Shown here: one piece after another, positions 8,916-18,329 of the stretch
Numbering within the stretch: position 1 is the first letter of the stretch
Layout of the letters: each line of letters begins with the position of its first letter
NCBI GenBank assembly: GCA_018646985.1
Contig: JABGTR010000022.1
Location: 4,343-68,342, forward strand
Origin: Minisyncoccota bacterium
GTDB lineage: Bacteria > Patescibacteriota > Microgenomatia > UBA1400 > PJMF01
Direction: 5' to 3'
Length of the DNA: 64,000 bases
Translations under genes and position numbers: made by a program
Notes under the pieces: generated by a model
The model's input: only the letters and a program-made list of their open reading frames with translations
Told to the model about the DNA's origin: nothing
The model's database searches: none

Positions 8916-10161
8916 TGTGAGTGTGTTGAAACAAATTTCTTTTAATAAAATCTATATTTTTTTAATCTGTCTAGTAATTTTTTTAATTCCTGCTAATCTT
9001 TTTTTTAAAGTTAACCCTGCTAGCGCATATGTGAATGGATTATTAGTTGATTACTTAATTCCTAAATTTTACGCCAGTGATGTACCAATCATATTCTTAC
9101 TTTCACTTTGGTTAATTGAAGTGATTAAAAGTAAACAAAAAGTAATTCTCAAAACATCGAGCTTTATTTTACCCAGCATCTTAGCTTCATTATTTATTAT
9201 TCGGCAAATATTTACTCCATATCCTTTAGCTGCAGCTTGGTACTTATTAAAATTAATTGAGGTTGGACTACTAGCTTGGTTCTTAGTTACTCACAGCAAA
9301 TTTTTAAAAAAATCCTCGATTTATTGGACCATTATTTTTACCACATTATTTCAGTCCAGCTTAGCTTTGTGGCAATTCTTCACCCAAAAATCACTTCTTG
9401 GTTTTAGCTTTTTAGGTGAACCAAATCTAGCTAAATCAATTGGATTAGCTAAAGATATGTGGTGGTATACTGGCCGAGTTTTACCCTATGCCACAACGGC
9501 TCACCCCAACATCTTGGGAGGAATCCTGGCTGTTTTTAGTTTATTTATCATTGCTCAAAAGAGACATAAAATACTAACTGCGGTTGTTGTTTCACTAGCT
9601 TTGGCCATCATTATTATGACTCAATCAATCTCTGCGCTAACAAGTTTAACTCTGGGAGTATTGCTACTTACCCTTAAACCCTATTATCAAAAAATTAGCA
9701 ATATCAGCGATAAACTACTAATAGGCTTCGGAGCAACAATGATTGTTCTGCCACTTCTAATTAATTTGGCTGCCAACTTATTTGAAGCTGACTCACTAAC
9801 TCGTCGATCTTATCTCCAGAGCGCCTCCATAAGGATGTTTTTAGATAATCTGACTACAGGTGTAGGCTTGAACCAATTTACGACCAGAGTAGAGGAGTTC
9901 AGTGACACTCAGGAGGTAGTTAGGTTTATTCAACCAGTCCACCACATTGGATTACTCTGGATCGCAGAAACTGGGATATTAGGAATATTACTATCCTGGA
10001 CATTAATAAAAAAAATAAATACTAAAAAGATAGTCTTGCCATTCTTGATCCTCTTACCAATTGCAACACTAGATCACTACTTACTAACTCAACAATCTGG
10101 ATTATTACTCGCAGTTTTTATGTTGTCTCACCCGAACTACTCGCTTCAGGATCGTCGCTAG
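8902..10161 (+). CDS. Polytopic membrane protein, O-antigen ligase/Wzy_C-like
   Basis: About 10-12 transmembrane helices with a central periplasmic loop. TTG or GTG start overlapping the pheT stop. The family assignment rests on topology only. Confidence 0.35.
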   Translation: MVKYNVSVLKQISFNKIYIFLICLVIFLIPANLFFKVNPASAYVNGLLVDYLIPKFYASDVPIIFLLSLWLIEVIKSKQKVILKTSSFILPSILASLFIIRQIFTPYPLAAAWYLLKLIEVGLLAWFLVTHSKFLKKSSIYWTIIFTTLFQSSLALWQFFTQKSLLGFSFLGEPNLAKSIGLAKDMWWYTGRVLPYATTAHPNILGGILAVFSLFIIAQKRHKILTAVVVSLALAIIIMTQSISALTSLTLGVLLLTLKPYYQKISNISDKLLIGFGATMIVLPLLINLAANLFEADSLTRRSYLQSASIRMFLDNLTTGVGLNQFTTRVEEFSDTQEVVRFIQPVHHIGLLWIAETGILGILLSWTLIKKINTKKIVLPFLILLPIATLDHYLLTQQSGLLLAVFMLSHPNYSLQDRR

Positions 10162-13030
10162 GACTTACTGAAGGACTGGGAGATGGACTTGGTGATGGCT
10201 CTGGCTCTTTCCAATCTTCACCGCCAGTTCCAATTTTAGCTTTACCAGTCTCTTTAGATTTATCTTCACGAGAGTACGCCTTTGCCCAAACTTCATAACG
10301 ACCCTTGGACAAATGCAGCTTGCCACTATATTCACGATCATTAATAGTTTCTCTGATCTCACCATTTACAATAATCTCAATCTTCTCAATCCCCTCACCG
10401 CTCTCAGCCCTAACTTCAATCTCAATGTCTTCGGAGTCATAATTTTTTTCATTCTCAGGTTGCTTCATCTCTACAAAAACATCGCTTGACTCACCACAAA
10501 ACTCAGTGGGGAATTTATAGCGTGGATCACTTTGAGCCTCTATCCAAGCGTTAGCTGCTTCCTGCCAACGATTTTTATCATCCTGGCTAACTGGATCATC
10601 TATCTTGATCACGATATATTCTCGCTCATCGTAATCACCAGCTGCAATTCGAGCATCATTGGCTAATTTTTCCTCACCCCTACACAATTTAAGCATGGTA
10701 TGAACTGGATCTGACAAAGATGGCAACGTGCCCTTAATTACGTATTCAGTTTTTTCTGGAAAGCCATGATGAGATAGATAGCCAGAAATACTATCGACTT
10801 GAACTTGCTCTACATCCTCAGGAACAATCCATTCTGGAGCGCCATAACCCTTTTCTAATGCTGATAAAATAATTCGTCGCCAAATTGGTGAGGCGCCAGT
10901 TACACCGGAGGCAACTTGCTTCATGGGGGAGTTATCATTATTTCCCACCCAAGTACCAACCATAATTTCCTGACTCCAACCAATCGTCCAATTATCGCGC
11001 TGATCATTGGTAGTTCCAGTTTTAACTGCAATTGGCTGACCTGTATTCAGTAGAGAATTAGCCCCAAAAGCTAATAAACGAGCGTTATTATCTGATAAAA
11101 CATCATTTATTAAAAATGCCTCAGCAGGAGTAATAACTTGTGAGCCATCCACCTGCTTGTGCTCGTATAAAGATTTGCCGTTCTTGTCTTCTACTTTCAA
11201 AATTGAGGTGGGCTGTACTTTACTCCCACCATTAGCGAAAGTGCTATAGGCAGTCACTGTATCTAATAAATGAACTTCACCACCACCCAAGGTAACAGCT
11301 AAACCAAATCTCTTCAAATTTTCTTCAGATGGTTCTAGAGTTTCAAAACCCATTTCGTAAGCTAATTGCAAAAAGTTTTCTACTCCCACTAGAGCCACAG
11401 ATTTAACAGCAGTGACATTGATCGAACTACCCAAAGAGTCTCGCAAGCTAATCGGACCATGAAACTTACCATCGTAGTTTTTAGGTTGGTAGGGTATTTC
11501 TGTCTGATCAACTCCAGTCGCGAACTCAGTTTCCACATCCATCAGCATGCTAGCTGGGGTGTAGCCGCGTTGAAACATCGCCAGATAAGTCACTGGCTTG
11601 ATTGATGATCCTGGCTGACGCAAACCGTCGGCTGCTACATTAAACTGTCCTCCAATGGTTAACTCGCCTTCCTCCGTAGCTTCTTTAACAAAGTAATCAG
11701 CACTACCCACCATGCTCAAAATCTCACCGGTCTTAGGATCCATCACCATCGCTGCTCCATTAGTGATATTGAGATAAGCAATGTCCGACACCTCTTCTTT
11801 GACTATCTCTTCAGCCTCTTCATGCAGTTCTAAATCTAGAGTTGTTGTTACTTGAAGACCACCGCTTTCTACTACTTCTACGCCGAACATCTCTTCTAGT
11901 TGGTCACGAATATAAAAAACAAAGTGAGGTGCCTTAATATTACTGACTGTACGCTCAAACTCCATTAAGTCCAGCTCGGCTATTGCTTCTTGATGTGCAA
12001 TCTCTGATAAGTAGCCCTGCTCTTTCATCTTATCTAACACAGCTCTAGTTCTACCTCTCCAATAAAGATTACCGTCTTCATCTGTTTTGCCAGCAAAGGG
12101 AGAATAGACAGAGGGTCGCTGTGGTAAACCAGCTAAGAATGCCGACTCGGCCACACTTAACTCATCAACATTTTTAGAAAAATACATATCTGAAGCAGCA
12201 CCCACACCCCAAGAAGTACCGCCATACGGGGCCTCATTGAGATACATCTCTAGAATTTCATCTTTACTAAAGTGGCGCTCAATTTGAAGTGACAAAATTA
12301 ATTCTTTAAACTTACGGATTACTGTTCTTTCATTACTTAACAAGGCATTCTTGACTAACTGCTGAGTCAGGGTTGAACCGCCAACCACCCGGCTTCTGAA
12401 GATGGCATTGTAGGGGATACGTAAAATAGTTAAGAAGTCAAAGCCTTGATGCTTGTAAAAGTCTTTATCTTCGATGGCAACGGTAGCATGTTTGAGATGT
12501 TCTGGAGCTTTTTCGATTTGAATCGGAGTGCGACGTTCACTATTGTATAAGTCATATAAAAGCTCTCCCTCACGATCATAGATCCGAGTACTAAAGCCTT
12601 CTTTGCGGACTACCTCACCGGGCTTAGGCAAATCTTTGGCATACCAAGCATATAGAGCAAAAAAGCCTAAAACACCGATTACCACTGCCGCTAAACCACC
12701 AATTGCTAGTAGACGAATGAGTTTTATCTTATTCATCTGTTGTGTAGCTGAAGATGAGGCTCGACGAGGTTTAGGTTTGCCAGAAATTAGTCTTTTCAAC
12801 CAGCTAAAAGGAGCGACGATAGTCTCCCAGATGGCAGTTAGGTTTATTTCCATATCTCGTATAGTAACAGTTTGAGGTATTCTTGCAAGTAGTTTTTTAG
12901 CCTGGTTTAGCCAAGTAGAGAGCAATTCAGTAATTTTATTCTGGGGGAAAGTAGACTGAGTATTCAATCGAGATGACGCTGGCTCATCCTGATCTAACAC
13001 AGATTTGAGATTTCCATAATCTTGGACCAT
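10118..13030 (-). CDS. Class A penicillin-binding protein (GT51 glycosyltransferase plus transpeptidase) with a C-terminal extension
   Basis: GT51 motifs EDKDFYKHQGFD, GGSTLTQQLVKN and RKFKE. Transpeptidase motifs SSIKP, SLN and KTGTT. About 240 extra C-terminal residues that end in a (PS)n linker. Confidence 0.85.
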   Translation of the reverse strand: MVQDYGNLKSVLDQDEPASSRLNTQSTFPQNKITELLSTWLNQAKKLLARIPQTVTIRDMEINLTAIWETIVAPFSWLKRLISGKPKPRRASSSATQQMNKIKLIRLLAIGGLAAVVIGVLGFFALYAWYAKDLPKPGEVVRKEGFSTRIYDREGELLYDLYNSERRTPIQIEKAPEHLKHATVAIEDKDFYKHQGFDFLTILRIPYNAIFRSRVVGGSTLTQQLVKNALLSNERTVIRKFKELILSLQIERHFSKDEILEMYLNEAPYGGTSWGVGAASDMYFSKNVDELSVAESAFLAGLPQRPSVYSPFAGKTDEDGNLYWRGRTRAVLDKMKEQGYLSEIAHQEAIAELDLMEFERTVSNIKAPHFVFYIRDQLEEMFGVEVVESGGLQVTTTLDLELHEEAEEIVKEEVSDIAYLNITNGAAMVMDPKTGEILSMVGSADYFVKEATEEGELTIGGQFNVAADGLRQPGSSIKPVTYLAMFQRGYTPASMLMDVETEFATGVDQTEIPYQPKNYDGKFHGPISLRDSLGSSINVTAVKSVALVGVENFLQLAYEMGFETLEPSEENLKRFGLAVTLGGGEVHLLDTVTAYSTFANGGSKVQPTSILKVEDKNGKSLYEHKQVDGSQVITPAEAFLINDVLSDNNARLLAFGANSLLNTGQPIAVKTGTTNDQRDNWTIGWSQEIMVGTWVGNNDNSPMKQVASGVTGASPIWRRIILSALEKGYGAPEWIVPEDVEQVQVDSISGYLSHHGFPEKTEYVIKGTLPSLSDPVHTMLKLCRGEEKLANDARIAAGDYDEREYIVIKIDDPVSQDDKNRWQEAANAWIEAQSDPRYKFPTEFCGESSDVFVEMKQPENEKNYDSEDIEIEVRAESGEGIEKIEIIVNGEIRETINDREYSGKLHLSKGRYEVWAKAYSREDKSKETGKAKIGTGGEDWKEPEPSPSPSPSPSVSPSDDPEASSSGETT

Positions 13031-13057
13031 AGAGTCATTGTATAATAAAAAAACAAT

Positions 13058-14248
13058 ATGCAAAACATCACCATCCAAGAAGCTCTAACTAGGGGAGTTA
13101 CAGAAATACTTCCTTCTAAAAAATCTTTAGCAGAACTCATGGAGCAGAAAAAGATCCGCCTTTACCTAGGCATCGATCCTACTGGATCACTTTTAACATT
13201 GGGTCACAGTGTGTTACTGCGTAAACTCCAACAGTTTGCTGACCTAGATCATGACGTTATCTTGCTTATTGGTGGTGGTACAGTCAAAATTGGCGACCCA
13301 ACCGGCAAAGACTCCACTCGTCCAGAACTAACCAACGAAGTAATTGAAGAAAATTTTAAAAACTGGCAAGAACAGGCCAGCAAGATTCTAGACTTTAGCA
13401 AAATTAAAATCATGAATAATGCTGATTGGCTCGATAAGCTCACCTACGTTGATCTCATTAAAATAATGGCCAAAACTACCGTCCAACAACTAATGGAGCG
13501 AGACATGTTTCAAGAGCGAGTTAAAGCTGGTCGTCCAGTTCATGCTCATGAAATCATTTACCCACTGATGCAAGGTTATGACAGTGTCCACATGGATGTC
13601 GATTTAGAAATTGGCGGCACTGATCAAACCTTCAATATGATGATGGGTCGCACTCTCCAAAAAGCCTACAACAACCACGAGAAGTGGGTCTTAAGCACTC
13701 CAATCATCAATGGCACTGATGGCCGCAAGATGAGCAAGTCATATGGCAATTTTGTAGCTCTGACTGAAAATCCCAATGATATGTACGGCAAATTGATGAG
13801 AATTGGTGATGAGATGATAATTAATTATTTCACGGTGCTAACTGATGTCCCAATGGCAGAAATAGAAGAGATGGAAAAAGCTATGGCAGCTGGTGAAAAC
13901 CCAATGACATTCAAGAAAAAACTCGCCTTCACCATTACCACTATGTACCATGATGAGAAACTAGCTCAAACAGCCCAAGAAAATTTTAAAACTATTTCTC
14001 AAGAAAAAGGCATTCCTGATCAAAAACCAGTTCATTTAATTAGTGCTGCTTCCACCACAATTCTAAGTCTAGCCACAGGAGCTAGAAAAGAGTTGAGTAG
14101 CAGTGATGTTCGCCGTAGAATAGAACAGGGAGCAGTCTCAATTGACTCTCAGAAATACACTGATCCCAATCAAGAAATTACTCCCAAATCAGGCAGTATT
14201 TTGAAAACTGGCAAAAGAGACTTTCATGAACTAAAAGTGGAGGACTAA
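13058..14248 (+). CDS. tyrS: Tyrosine--tRNA ligase
   Basis: Class I synthetase: the HIGH-region is GIDPTGSLLTLGH, followed by GGGTVKIGDPTGKDSTR and the KMSKS motif. A C-terminal S4-like domain (DVRRRIEQGAVSID). Confidence 0.82.
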   Translation: MQNITIQEALTRGVTEILPSKKSLAELMEQKKIRLYLGIDPTGSLLTLGHSVLLRKLQQFADLDHDVILLIGGGTVKIGDPTGKDSTRPELTNEVIEENFKNWQEQASKILDFSKIKIMNNADWLDKLTYVDLIKIMAKTTVQQLMERDMFQERVKAGRPVHAHEIIYPLMQGYDSVHMDVDLEIGGTDQTFNMMMGRTLQKAYNNHEKWVLSTPIINGTDGRKMSKSYGNFVALTENPNDMYGKLMRIGDEMIINYFTVLTDVPMAEIEEMEKAMAAGENPMTFKKKLAFTITTMYHDEKLAQTAQENFKTISQEKGIPDQKPVHLISAASTTILSLATGARKELSSSDVRRRIEQGAVSIDSQKYTDPNQEITPKSGSILKTGKRDFHELKVED

Positions 14249-14357
14249 AATGACAAGAAAAAATAGAGAGCGAATGACCAAAGCTTTTGGGATTATATTC
14301 ATGCTAGCTATGCTCCTGAGTGTCATCGGCAGCAGCGTGCTTTATTTACTTTAAGAT

Positions 14358-14660
14358 TTACTCTGCTAAACCAGTTATTACCTCTTTACCTATTAGACCA
14401 AATTTAGATGGGCCTTGTTTTGAAGAAAAAACAAAATTATTGCTTTTCACCCTAACCAAAGAGCCACGATCTTCAATAACTTCAACAACTCCATGATTTA
14501 TGACCTGAACTCTGTCTCCAGGCTTATATATGGTGTTTTTTTCTAATTTTTCAGCAGCAGCAGATTGCCCTGCACTAGGATGTTCTTCATCATAATTACT
14601 TGCGCTACCAGCATTATGATCATAAAACCTTCCTGATTCTAGTCCTCTTCCATATGACAT
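14358..14660 (-). CDS. Hypothetical 100-aa protein
   Basis: ORF only. It lies convergent to tyrS and divergent from recG. Confidence 0.3.
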   Translation of the reverse strand: MSYGRGLESGRFYDHNAGSASNYDEEHPSAGQSAAAEKLEKNTIYKPGDRVQVINHGVVEVIEDRGSLVRVKSNNFVFSSKQGPSKFGLIGKEVITGLAE

Positions 14661-14729
14661 AATTTCCCTTTTTCTAAAACATACTTTATCAAATTATATC
14701 AGATCTAAATCTGTGTCATAATTAGACTC

Positions 14730-16691
14730 ATGTACTCACTCTCTGGCAAGATCACCAACGCTACCGGCATCGGCCCCAGCGTCTCCGATAAACTAGCTCT
14801 TAAAAATATCCACACTATTCAAGACCTTTTACTCTGGGTCCCACTTCGCTATGAAGACCGCTCTGAGCAAAAACTCATCATGGATTTAGTCAAAGATGAA
14901 TTAGTCACTATCCAAGCTGAGGTAACCGCCATTTCTAATCAATACAAAGGCCGTCGCTCTATGCAGCGAGCCACAGTCCGAGATAGCTCTGGTCCACTTA
15001 AGCTAATTTGGTTTAACGCCCCCTTCATCAAAGATGCTTTAGTAAAAGGCCAATCATATTTCTTCAGCGGTAAACTCAATAACCGCGGGATGATGACTCA
15101 GCCCAAAGTAGAAAAAATCTCCAATGACACTACCCATACTAATCGCTTGGTCCCCATCTATTCTTCAGTTCCTGAAATAAAAGCCGGCAACTTGCGTCGC
15201 TATCTCAAAGAAGTCACTCAACATCTCGATCCCATCTCAGATTTATTGGCCACAGAATTTGACCTCCTCCCTTTAAACGAAACTTTTAAACATCTCCATT
15301 TCCCAGATGATCAAGAACTAACCATCAAGGCTCGCGAGCGTTTAGCCATCGAAGAACTCTTGGGTTTAATGCAGCACTCGGCTGAAATCAAACAACAATG
15401 GAAAGATAATGCTTCAGCTCACTTAGTTACAGTTGATAAAGAAAACTCAATTCCAGATTTACCATTTACCCTAACTTCCGCTCAGCAACGTAGTACTAGA
15501 GAACTCCTAGTGGATATTCAATCAACCACACCCATGAATAGACTCTTGTTGGGTGATGTTGGCTCTGGAAAAACTGTCGTGGCTGGAATTGCAACCCTTC
15601 ACACACTCAATAATAATCATCACGTCGCTTTTATCGCTCCCACTCAAATATTAGCTGAGCAACACCTAGAAACTCTCAGCAAGCTTTTTCCTCAAATTAA
15701 TATTCAGCTGCTAACAGCTAAAACTAAGTTTTCCCTTGCTGAAAAACCTACTCTTTATCTGGGCACTCACGCCGTCATCAACAAACTTCAGCAGATAAAA
15801 CCAGCCCTAGTCATCTATGATGAGCAACATCGCTTTGGGGTAGAACAACGCAGTGAGATCTCCAAACTAACTTTCAGACCCCATATTCTAACTATGTCAG
15901 CTACTCCCATTCCCCGTAGCTTAATGCTGACCATTTTTTCTCATCTAGAACTAAGCGTAATTGATGAAATGCCAGCTGGTAGAAAACCAATTAAAACCTG
16001 GTTAGCGTCAGAAAAAAAACGAGCAGGATCATATGATTGGATCAAGAAAAAACTCCGGGAGAGTGGGGGGCAAGTATTGGTGGTCTGCCCATTCATTGAA
16101 CATTCAGAGCATGAGGCTTTTGCCAATGTTAAATCTGCTACTGAAACTTTTGCGGAGATTAAGCCCCAATTTCCTGATCAAAAAGTTGAGTTACTCCACG
16201 GTCGTCTGACCTCAGATCAAAAAGATAAAATTACCAAGCGTCTATTTGATCAAAAGATAGATATTTTAGTTACCACCCCAATTGTTGAAGTCGGTATTGA
16301 CCTGCCAGCAGCATTAATCATTATTATCGAGTCAGCTGAAAGATTCGGTCTAGCTAGTCTTCACCAACTTAGAGGCCGAGTAGGCAGGGCTGGACAGCAG
16401 GCTTACTGTTTATTATTTCCTAGCTCTAAATCTCCCACCATCAGCCAACGTCTTGATGTTTTTACCAAAACTAATGATGGTATTAAACTAGCTGAATTTG
16501 ATCTGCAAAATAGGGGAGCGGGTGATCTTTTCGGCACCAACCAACATGGCTTTGACCAGCTCCAGTTCTCCAATTGGACCAACATCGAGCTCATCACCAA
16601 AGCAAAACAAATCTTTGATGAACTAAAAAGCTCTCAAATTACTTGGAAATCTGTTATTTCTCGTCAGTCAACTACCCCTACAGCCAACTAA
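14730..16691 (+). CDS. recG: ATP-dependent DNA helicase RecG
   Basis: Wedge/OB N-terminal region. SF2 helicase motifs GDVGSGKT, DEQHRFGV and TATPIPR. C-terminal QLRGRVGRAG. Confidence 0.88.
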   Translation: MYSLSGKITNATGIGPSVSDKLALKNIHTIQDLLLWVPLRYEDRSEQKLIMDLVKDELVTIQAEVTAISNQYKGRRSMQRATVRDSSGPLKLIWFNAPFIKDALVKGQSYFFSGKLNNRGMMTQPKVEKISNDTTHTNRLVPIYSSVPEIKAGNLRRYLKEVTQHLDPISDLLATEFDLLPLNETFKHLHFPDDQELTIKARERLAIEELLGLMQHSAEIKQQWKDNASAHLVTVDKENSIPDLPFTLTSAQQRSTRELLVDIQSTTPMNRLLLGDVGSGKTVVAGIATLHTLNNNHHVAFIAPTQILAEQHLETLSKLFPQINIQLLTAKTKFSLAEKPTLYLGTHAVINKLQQIKPALVIYDEQHRFGVEQRSEISKLTFRPHILTMSATPIPRSLMLTIFSHLELSVIDEMPAGRKPIKTWLASEKKRAGSYDWIKKKLRESGGQVLVVCPFIEHSEHEAFANVKSATETFAEIKPQFPDQKVELLHGRLTSDQKDKITKRLFDQKIDILVTTPIVEVGIDLPAALIIIIESAERFGLASLHQLRGRVGRAGQQAYCLLFPSSKSPTISQRLDVFTKTNDGIKLAEFDLQNRGAGDLFGTNQHGFDQLQFSNWTNIELITKAKQIFDELKSSQITWKSVISRQSTTPTAN

Positions 16692-16731
16692 GCTTGCAAA
16701 TATACTCACACCGAGTTACAATTCTGTTTCT

Positions 16732-16893
16732 ATGGGAGCAGTACCAAAAAATAAAATTACCAGATCCGAACGTGGCAAACGTCGTCAAGGCAATAAGCCA
16801 AAGCTAAAGAAAAACTTAGTACATCACAGTATTCCTTTGCATAAAAGAGGTTTAGTGGCACAGATTTTTAAAACAGTTGGACTTAAAGACTAG
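16732..16893 (+). CDS. rpmF: 50S ribosomal protein L32-like protein, 53 aa; too short to appear in the ORF track
   Basis: MGAVPKNKITRSERGKRRQGNKPK... resembles the L32 N-terminus (MAVPKRKTSKSRRDKRR). It has no Cys zinc ribbon. Confidence 0.5.
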   Translation: MGAVPKNKITRSERGKRRQGNKPKLKKNLVHHSIPLHKRGLVAQIFKTVGLKD

Positions 16894-16930
16894 TTACAAC
16901 TCCACCCATTTTTTATATACTACTAGAGAT

Positions 16931-17356
16931 ATGTCAGACACAAACCAAATTCCTGCTGGTGATCACATTGTTGAGAAAGAAACCAAGGACACCAATCCAG
17001 ATCCTCGGCACCAAAAAAGAATTAGGCTTATGCAAGCCTTGTTTAGTCATAGTTTCAACCAAGAAACTGACTTAATAGATGATGAGCAGCAAATTTATAA
17101 TAAAACCATCTCTTCGCTTGAAAACATTGATCCTCTTATAGCTAAACATGCTCCAGAGAGACCTTTGTCAGAAATTAACCAAGTAGATTTAGCCATCCTA
17201 CGCCTGGTAATTTTCGAGACTCAAAGCACTAAAATACCAGTTAAAGTAGCAATCAATGAGGCCGTCGAGCTAGCAAAAGAGTTTGGGACTGAAAGCTCAC
17301 CTCGATTTGTTAACGGGGTACTAGGCCAGATACTGTCCCAGACAACAGCAAAGTAA
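16931..17356 (+). CDS. nusB: Transcription antitermination factor NusB
   Basis: NusB fold motifs RHQKRIRLMQALFS and PVKVAINEAVELAKEFG. The start is set at the internal Met to avoid overlap with rpmF. Confidence 0.8.
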   Translation: MSDTNQIPAGDHIVEKETKDTNPDPRHQKRIRLMQALFSHSFNQETDLIDDEQQIYNKTISSLENIDPLIAKHAPERPLSEINQVDLAILRLVIFETQSTKIPVKVAINEAVELAKEFGTESSPRFVNGVLGQILSQTTAK

Positions 17357-17365
17357 AAGGAAGTC

Positions 17366-17626
17366 ATGAATCAAAATAGAGATAGTATTACAGATGAAAT
17401 TAAAGATATTATTGAAAAAAAACTCTTAGTTGATATCTCCCAACTAGAAAGTGATGACAACCTAAAAGAAACCTTGGGTATTGACCCAGAAATAGACCAA
17501 CCTCTCTTAACATCGGATATTGTTAAAAACTACAATATTTCACTAGAAGCAGAAGAGCTTTTGAATCAAGCCAACACCCTCAATCAACTAGTTAGCATTG
17601 TTATCGAAGAGACAGAACTGGGATAA
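17366..17626 (+). CDS. Acyl-carrier-protein-like acidic protein lacking the phosphopantetheine-attachment serine
   Basis: Aligns to AcpP along its full length. The DSLD motif is replaced by DPEIDQ (TLGIDPEIDQPLL against DLGADSLDTVEL). Confidence 0.5.
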   Translation: MNQNRDSITDEIKDIIEKKLLVDISQLESDDNLKETLGIDPEIDQPLLTSDIVKNYNISLEAEELLNQANTLNQLVSIVIEETELG

Positions 17627-17633
17627 TCAAACT

Positions 17634-18296
17634 ATGCTACCAAAATTTAATAACCCACTTTTACTAGAAACAGCATTAACTCATCGAAGTGCGCTTAATG
17701 AACGTGTCTCCTCAGCTTTAGAATCAAATGAGAGACTTGAATTTCTAGGTGATGCTGTCTTAGAGTTAATCACTACCGAGTTTTTGTTTGCAGAATTTCC
17801 CGACGAACCAGAGGGTATTTTGACTGCCTACAGAAGTTCATTGGTGAAAACAACTACCTTGTCAGAAGTTGCTTTAGAAATAGGATTGGGTGAAAAACTC
17901 CATATGAGCAAGGGAGAGGAAGCTACTGGTGGTAGAAATAACCCCGGCTTATTAGCTGATACTACCGAAGCCATTATCGGTGCTATTTATCTAGATCAAG
18001 GCTATGAAGCAACTCAGGAATTCTTAGAAGAGAACCTTTTTAACAAGTTTGCCAAGATTAAAGAACAAAAACTATATCAAGATTCTAAAAGTGTTTTGCA
18101 GGAGATTGTTCAGTCAAAAGGCTTTGAAGCTCCAATATATAAAGTAACAAAAGAAGAGGGACCAGATCACGATAAGCAGTTTACTATCGAGGTTTTAGTC
18201 AACTCTAAGCCTGCAGGAACAGGTATGGGTAAGAGCAAACAGCTGGCTCAACAGGCCGCAGCTCAAGCAGCTCTCAAAGAGCTGGCTAATACTTGA
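17634..18296 (+). CDS. rnc: Ribonuclease III
   Basis: RNase III signature ERLEFLGDAVLEL. C-terminal dsRBD (GPDHDKQFTIEV...). Confidence 0.9.
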   Translation: MLPKFNNPLLLETALTHRSALNERVSSALESNERLEFLGDAVLELITTEFLFAEFPDEPEGILTAYRSSLVKTTTLSEVALEIGLGEKLHMSKGEEATGGRNNPGLLADTTEAIIGAIYLDQGYEATQEFLEENLFNKFAKIKEQKLYQDSKSVLQEIVQSKGFEAPIYKVTKEEGPDHDKQFTIEVLVNSKPAGTGMGKSKQLAQQAAAQAALKELANT

Positions 18297-18329
18297 GTAA
18301 ATAGGACAAAACCCTTATAATCGCAACCT

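Noticed and set aside
10165-10200. Possible CRISPR or tandem repeat suggested by the PSPSPSPSPS-coding stretch (tggagatggacttggtgatgg...) and by the K/E-rich coding repeats at 18600-18780
   Set aside because: These are short, imperfect codon-level repeats inside ORFs that encode low-complexity linkers. There is no repeat-spacer architecture and no cas genes.
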